DNA of 64,000 nucleotides from the human T2T-CHM13v2.0 reference genome, Homo sapiens: NCBI RefSeq assembly GCF_009914755.1, contig NC_060933.1. One strand, 5' to 3'. Shown here one piece after another: positions 57,667 through 64,000 of this stretch. Within the stretch, counting starts at the first letter, position 1; each line of letters starts with the position of its first letter. The notes beneath the pieces are model-generated. The model saw only the letters and a program-made list of their open reading frames with translations, ran no database searches and was not told the DNA's origin. The translations under genes were made by a program, and so were the position numbers.

Positions 57667-60600
57667 AGAAACAAGATGGCCAACTACACACAGCTAGGAA
57701 GCACTGCTCCCACTGAGAGAGACCATGGAATAAATCGACTTACTCTAAACAGAACTTGGAGGGAAAACACAGAGAGGTGACACAGACATCCAGGAAAAAG
57801 AGGGAAAGCTAGGAAGTTTGCACAGGGTTGCTGAATGACAAGGCTTATTCCGGCCACTGAAGGGCTCCCAGGGAAGGGGTGAGTGAAAGGATGGTGGGGC
57901 AGACCACTCTAGTGGCAGACCTCTTGGATCCTAGCTACAAGAGATCCCATGAGCCTCATACACAGTTGAAATAGCAGGTATATCTGCTCAGACAATAGGC
58001 AGACAGAGCTCCAACCTGTATGGATCCCATGGGGTTTTGCATGCAGGACAGCTGCCGTGGAATGCTGCCATAGGTGCCTATTCCCCAAGGCTCCTCATCT
58101 TCCCCCGAGTTGCTCTAACCCAAACTGACCACAAAACCAAGAGAGAACAGGGTTGACTTTCAAAAAGAACTGGGGCATATCTGTTCTGCAGGCTCTCCTG
58201 CTGGCTAGCCTCTCCTAGGGTCCCTTCCTGGCCACTCCTGCAGGAATGTGTACAGACTGCAGCCCCCATTGTCCAGCCTTGGTGCTTTCTGGGAGCCCCA
58301 CCTAAGTACTTCCCGGTGGCCTGGGAACACATCCAATCCCCAGTGCAACTGGTACACAACCCCAAGGAGCTGGAGGATGAAGCCACTGGTGGGTCCCAAT
58401 GCCCCAGGGCAGCAACTTGCAGTTCAGGAGTGCTGAGCAGAGATCTGTGGCTAGAAGTTGATCAGAGGAGGAGCCCCGACTCTCAGAACACCGAGAGGGG
58501 TGACACAGGTGGACTTATGGGCCAGTGCAGGAGCTAGTGAGCTTGTGGACCTTCCTGTACAGGGCTGGTCTAGGAAGAGTGTGGCCTGTATGCCAGCCGT
58601 AGCCTCTGCCAGAGGGAGTTCCATGGCCCAAAACCCATAACAAAGAAAATGTGGGTGTAGCGCCAGTGATCAGGGGTGGCTCTCCAAGGCCCATGAAGGG
58701 ACCTAGTGAGAGAATTCTCTCTCTCTCCTCTATCACCACAGAGCACTGCTGCAAATGTGCTAAAATACAAAAGAGCTATGTGGCTGAGTAAGGGCGCATC
58801 TGCTAGCCATTACTCTAAGGCACCACCTAACAGTTTATCTCCTGGCTCTCAGTCCAAATTATAACACAAAAGTATTTTGCCAATATACATCACCTGTGAA
58901 ACCCACGACAAGAATGTAGCCACCACAAAGATCCTGTACAAAGTCATGACCCTCTCAAAACACCCAGAAATAAAAGCCAATTGACTGTACTCAATTTACA
59001 CCCCAGTTAAAGGAACACTAAACCTCTCATATCAGAAAATCAGCACAAGAAATCTAGAAATTCAGAAAGTCAGACTGTTCCCTTACCTTCAAACAAGCAC
59101 ACTAGCTCCCCAACAATGGTTTCAAACCAGATTGAAATGGTTAAAATTACAGACAGAGAATTTAGAATCTGAATGGCAAGGAAGCTCATTGAGATTCAGA
59201 ATGTTGAAACCCAATACAAGGAATCCAGTAAAATAATTCAAGATCTGAAAGATAAAATAGCCATTTTAAGAAAGAACAGAATAATTTCTGGCATGGAAAA
59301 ATTCACTATAAGAATTTTATTTTACTGAAATTGGATGTATTAATAGCAGAATAGACCATCCTGAGGAAAGAATATCCAAGCTCAAAGACCAGTTTTTTGG
59401 GTCAATTTAGTGAGACAAAAATTTTAAGAAGAATTTTAAAAAATAAACAAAACATCCAAAAATATGGGATTATGTAAAGAGAATAAACCTATGACTCATT
59501 GGCATTCTTGAGAAAGACAGAGAATAAGCAACTAAGAAAATATATTTGAGGATACAGTCCATGAAGATTTTCCCAATATCACTAGAGGTTGACATGCAAA
59601 TTCAACAAATACAGAAAACCACTGTGAGATGATACCATAGCAGGTGACCATCTGTAAGGCACATAGTCATCAGCTACACATAGGTCAATGCAAAGAAAAA
59701 AATCTAAAGGCAGCTAGAGTGAAAGGGTAGGTCACTTACAAAGGGAACCCTATCAGGCTAACAGTGGACCTCCCAGCAGAAACTATACAAGCCAGAAAAC
59801 ATTGAAGGCCCATTTTCAGCAACCTTAAAGAAAATATATTCCAACCAAGAATTTTGTATCCCACCAAACTAAGCTTCATAAGTGAAGGAGAGATCAAATT
59901 ATTTTCAAACAAACAAATGCTAATGGAATTCCTTACCACTAGACCAGCCTTAAACATGGACATAAAACAACAATAACTTCTACCACAAAAGCACACATAA
60001 ACACATAGTCCACAGACACTATGAAGCAACTACACAATCAAGTCTGCAAAACAACCAGCTAACAAGATGATGACACGTTCAAAATGTCACATATCAATAC
60101 TAACTGTGAATGTAAACAGTATAAAAGCCCCACCTAAAAGGCACAGAGTGGCATGTTGGATAAAAAGATAAGAGCCAACTGTCTGCCATCTTTAAAAGAC
60201 CCATCTCACGTGTACTGACACCCACCCACACAAAGAAAAAGGATCTATCATGCAAATGGAAAACAGAAAAGAGCAGGAGTTGCAGTTGCTATGAGATAAA
60301 AGAGGCTTTAAACCAAAAACAATCAAGAAAAATAAGAAGGGCATTACATAATAAATACAGGGTTCAATTCAACAAGAATACTTAACTAACCTTATACTAT
60401 ATGCACCCAACCTTGGAGCACCCAGATTCATAAATCAAGTTCTTTACCTTACGAAAACTTAGACAGCTACTATTACATTTGAGATTAGGTTAAGAAAAAG
60501 CAAAATAACTAAAACAGCTACACAATAATTGTGGGAGACTTCAAAACCCCACTGACAGCTTTAGACAGATTATCAAGGCAAAAAACTAATGAAGAAATTC

Positions 60601-61522
60601 TGGACTTAAACTCAACACTTGACCAATCTGACCTAACAGACATCTACAGAATACTCAACCCAATAACCACAAAATAAACATTCTTCTCATCTGCACAAGG
60701 AATATGTTTTAATATCAATCACATGCTCAGTTATAGAAAGTCTCAATAAATTCAAAAAAGGTGAAATCATATCAGGCACATTTTTGCACCACAGTGCAAA
60801 AAAAAAAAAAAAAAAAAAAAAGAGTAGAAACCAATACATCTTTCCAAACAATGCAAATACATAGAAATTAAACAAACTGCTCCTGAATAACTCTTGGGTG
60901 AACAAGAAAATTAAGGCAGAAATAAAAAAAATTTGAAATTAATGAAAATATAGACACAATTCTCCAAAATGTTTGGGATGCAGCTAAAGAAGTATTTAGG
61001 TAAAAATTTATAGCTCTCAACATCTTCATCAAGAAGTTATAAAGATTGCCAATTAACAATATAACATCACACCTAAAGAAACTAGAAACAAACAAATAAA
61101 CCAATTCCAAAACTGAGAAGAAAAGAAATAGATAAAATCAGAGAAGAGCTGACCAAAATACTGACAAAATAAATCTATGCCAAAGATCAGTGAAACCAAG
61201 AGTTGGTTCTTCAAAAGAATAAACAAAGATTAATAACCAACTCATTAGATTAACAAAGAAAAAAGGGAAGATCCAAATAAGTACAATCAAACATGAAAAA
61301 GATGACATTATGATTCTTCCCACAGAAATACAAAAGATCCTCAGAGACAATTATGACCACTTCTATGCACACAAGGAAGAAAATCTAGAGGAAATTGATA
61401 CATTCCTGGAAACATGCAATCTTTCAACAACGATCTAGGATGATAATGAAAACCTGAATAAACCAATAACCTCTTCTAAAATTGAATCAGTAATTTAAAA
61501 CATCTAACATTGAAAAAAAGTT
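57667..61522 (+). mobile_element. Old primate L1 (L1PA16/L1P4-like): 5'UTR, degenerate ORF1 and ORF2 N-terminal half, interrupted by a younger L1
   Basis: caagatggcc YY1 start, GC-richer 5'UTR, ORF1 remnants (atatgggattatgtaaaga; cccaccaaactaagcttcataagtgaagg), ORF2 start near 60067. Confidence 0.85.
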
Positions 61523-62427
61523 GGGGGAGGAGCCAAGATGGCCAAATAGGAACAGCTCCAGTCTACAGCTCCCAGCGTGAGCGACGCAGAAGACGGGTGA
61601 TTTCTGCATTTCCATCTGAGGTACCAGGTTCATCTCACTAGGGAGTGCCAGACAGTGGGCGCAGGTCAGTGGGTGCACGCACCGTGTGCGAGCCCAAGCA
61701 GGGCAAGGCATTGCCTCACTTGGGAAGCACAAGGGGTCAGGGAGTTCCCTTTCCGAGTCAAAGAAAGGGGTGAAGGACGCACCTGGAAAATCGGGTCACT
61801 CCCACCCGAATATTGCGCTTTTCGGACCAGCTTAAAAAACGGCGCACCAAGAGATTATATCCCGCACCTGGCTCGGAGGGTCCTACGCCCACGGAGTCTC
61901 GCTGATTGCTAGCACAGCAGTCTGAGATCAAACTGCAAGGCGGCAGCGAGGCTGGGGGAGGGGCGCCCGCCATTGCCCAGGCTTGCTTAGGTAAACAAAG
62001 CAGCCAGGAAGCTCGAACTGGGTGGAGCCCACCACAGCTCAAGGAGGCCTGCCTGCCTCTGTAGGCTCCACCTCTGGGGGCAGGGCACAGACAAACAAAA
62101 AGACAGCAGTAACCTCTGCAGACTTAAATGTCCCTGTCTGACAGCTTTGAAGAGAGCTGTGGTTCTCCCAGCACACAGCTGGAGATCTGAGAATGGGCAG
62201 ACTGCTTCCTCAAGTGGGTCCCTGACCCCTGACCCCCGAGCAGCTAACTGAGAGGCACCTCCCAGCAGGGGCACACTGACACCTCACACAGCAGGGTATT
62301 TCAAAAGACCTGCAGCTGAGGGTGCTGTCTGTTAGAAGGAAAACTAACAAACAGAAAGGACATCCACACCAAAAACCCACCTGTACACCACCATCATCAA
62401 AGACCAAAAGTACATAAAACCACAAAG
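61523..62427. promoter_or_regulatory. L1 5'UTR internal sense promoter and antisense promoter
   Basis: YY1 site caagatggcc at 61534-61543; CpG-rich first half. Confidence 0.85.
61758..61973 (-). CDS. LINE-1 ORF0, 71 aa, open
   Basis: MAGAPPPASLPPCSLISDCCASNQRDSVGVGPSEPG...HPFL*; ATG at 61973-61971. Confidence 0.85.
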   Translation of the reverse strand: MAGAPPPASLPPCSLISDCCASNQRDSVGVGPSEPGAGYNLLVRRFLSWSEKRNIRVGVTRFSRCVLHPFL

Positions 62428-63444
62428 ATGGGGAAAAAACAGAACAGAAAAACTGGAAACTCTAAAACACAGAGCACCTCTCCTCCTCCAAAGGAACGCA
62501 ATTCCTCACCAGCAGTGGAACAAAGCTGGATGGAGAATGACTTTGACGAGCTGAGAGAAGAAGACTTCAGACGATCAAATTACTCTGAGCTACGGGAGGA
62601 CATTCAAACCAAAGGCAAAGAAGTTGAAAACTTTGAAAAAACTTTAGAAGAATGTATAACTAGAATAACCAATACAGAGAAGTGCTTAAAGGAGCTGATG
62701 GAGCTGAAAACCAAGGCTCGAGAACTACCTGAAGAATGCAGAAGCCTCAGGAGCCGATGCAATCAACTGGAAGAAAGGGTATCAGCAATGGAAGATGAAA
62801 TGAATAAAATGAATCGAGACGGGAAGTTTAGAGAAAAAAGAATGAAAAGAAATGAGCAAAGCCTCCAAGAAATATGGGACTATGTGAAAAGACCAAATCT
62901 ATGTGTGATTGGTGTACCTGAAAGTGATGGGGAGAATGGAACCAAGTTGGAAAACACTCTGCAGGATATTATCCAGGAGAACTTCCCCAATCTAGCAAGG
63001 CAGGCCAACGTTCAGATTCAGGAAATACAGAGAACGCCACAAAGATACTCCTCGAGAAGAGCAACTCCAAGACACATAATTGTCAGATTCACCAAAGTTG
63101 AAATGAAGGAAAAAATGTTAAGGGCAGCCAGAGAGAAAGGTCGGGTTACCCACAAAGGGAAGCCCATCAGACTAACAGCGGATCTCTCAGCAGAAACACT
63201 ACAAGCCAGAAGAGAGTGGGGGCCAATATTCAACATTCTTAAAGAAAAGAATTTTCAACCCAGAATTTCATATCCAGCCAAACTAAGCTTCATAAGTGAA
63301 GGAGAAATAAAATACTTTACAGACAAGCAAATGCTGAAAGATTTTGTCACCACCAGGCCTGCCCTAAAAGAGCTCCTGAAGGAAGCACTACACATGGAAA
63401 GGAACAACCGGTACCAGCCGCTGCAAAATCATGCCAAAATGTAA
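62428..63444 (+). CDS. LINE-1 ORF1p, 338 aa, open
   Basis: Full-length MGKKQNRKTG...QNHAKM with REKG, ARR and YPAKLS motifs. Confidence 0.95.
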   Translation: MGKKQNRKTGNSKTQSTSPPPKERNSSPAVEQSWMENDFDELREEDFRRSNYSELREDIQTKGKEVENFEKTLEECITRITNTEKCLKELMELKTKARELPEECRSLRSRCNQLEERVSAMEDEMNKMNRDGKFREKRMKRNEQSLQEIWDYVKRPNLCVIGVPESDGENGTKLENTLQDIIQENFPNLARQANVQIQEIQRTPQRYSSRRATPRHIIVRFTKVEMKEKMLRAAREKGRVTHKGKPIRLTADLSAETLQARREWGPIFNILKEKNFQPRISYPAKLSFISEGEIKYFTDKQMLKDFVTTRPALKELLKEALHMERNNRYQPLQNHAKM

Positions 63445-63507
63445 AGACCATCGAGACTAGGAAGAAACTGCATCAACTAACGAGCAAAATCACCAGCTAA
63501 CATCATA

Positions 63508-64000
63508 ATGACAGGATCAAATTCACACATAACAATATTAACTTTAAATGTAAATGGACTAAATGCTCCAATTAAAACACACAGACTGGCAAACTGGATA
63601 AAGAGTCAAGACCCATCAGTGTGCTGTATTCAGGAAACCCATCTCACATGCAGAGACACACATAGGCTCAAAATAAAAGGATGAAGGAAGATCTACCAAG
63701 CAAATGGAAAACAAAAAAAGGCAGGGGTTGCAATCCTAGTCTCTGATAAAACAGACTTTAAACCAACAAAGAACAAAAGAGACAAAGAAGGCCATTACAT
63801 AATGGTAAAGGGATCAGTTCAACAAGAAGAGCTAACTATCCTAAATATATATGCACCCAATACAGGAGCACCCAGATTCATAAAGCAAGTCCTGAGTGAC
63901 CTACAAAGAGACTTAGACCCCCACACATTAATAATGGGAGACTTTAACACCCCACTGTCAACATTAGACAGATCAACGAGACAGAAAGTCAACAAGGATA
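63508..64000 (+). pseudogene. LINE-1 ORF2 endonuclease domain with premature stop W59*
   Basis: MTGSNSHITILTLNVNGLN... then TGA at 63682-63684 where the consensus has TGG. Confidence 0.92.

Larger units (their letters stand above)
61523..64000 (+). mobile_element. L1PA2-like (or late L1PA3) LINE-1 with intact 5' end; continues beyond the window
   Basis: gggggaggagccaagatggcc start, 905-bp 5'UTR lacking the 129-bp segment of older L1PA, ORF1, 63-nt spacer, ORF2 start. Confidence 0.95.

Overview
Primate (human or great-ape-like) AT-rich, repeat-dense DNA with no recognisable spliced gene. The only protein-gene-derived element is an intronless processed copy of SLC25A6/ANT3 (about 21229-22898). 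It was inserted into an MLT1 LTR, has an open 293-aa frame and a CpG island, and carries a 5'-truncated AluY in its 3'UTR. The rest is transposon-derived: Alus and monomers, a Tigger1 deletion derivative, a MER31-type ERV1 remnant, MLT1/MLT2 LTRs and many old L1/L2/MIR fragments. A complete MST provirus hosts an AluY and an LTR10F solo LTR with a 5-copy AP-1 VNTR. At the right end an L1PA2-like element (ORF1 and ORF0 open, ORF2 with a premature stop) sits inside an older L1. The most interesting points are the CpG-retaining, frame-preserved ANT3 retrocopy, the LTR10 AP-1 array and two short locally templated insertions. I found no convincing new biological system. Subfamily names and parental-sequence comparisons come from recalled consensus sequences, not database searches.
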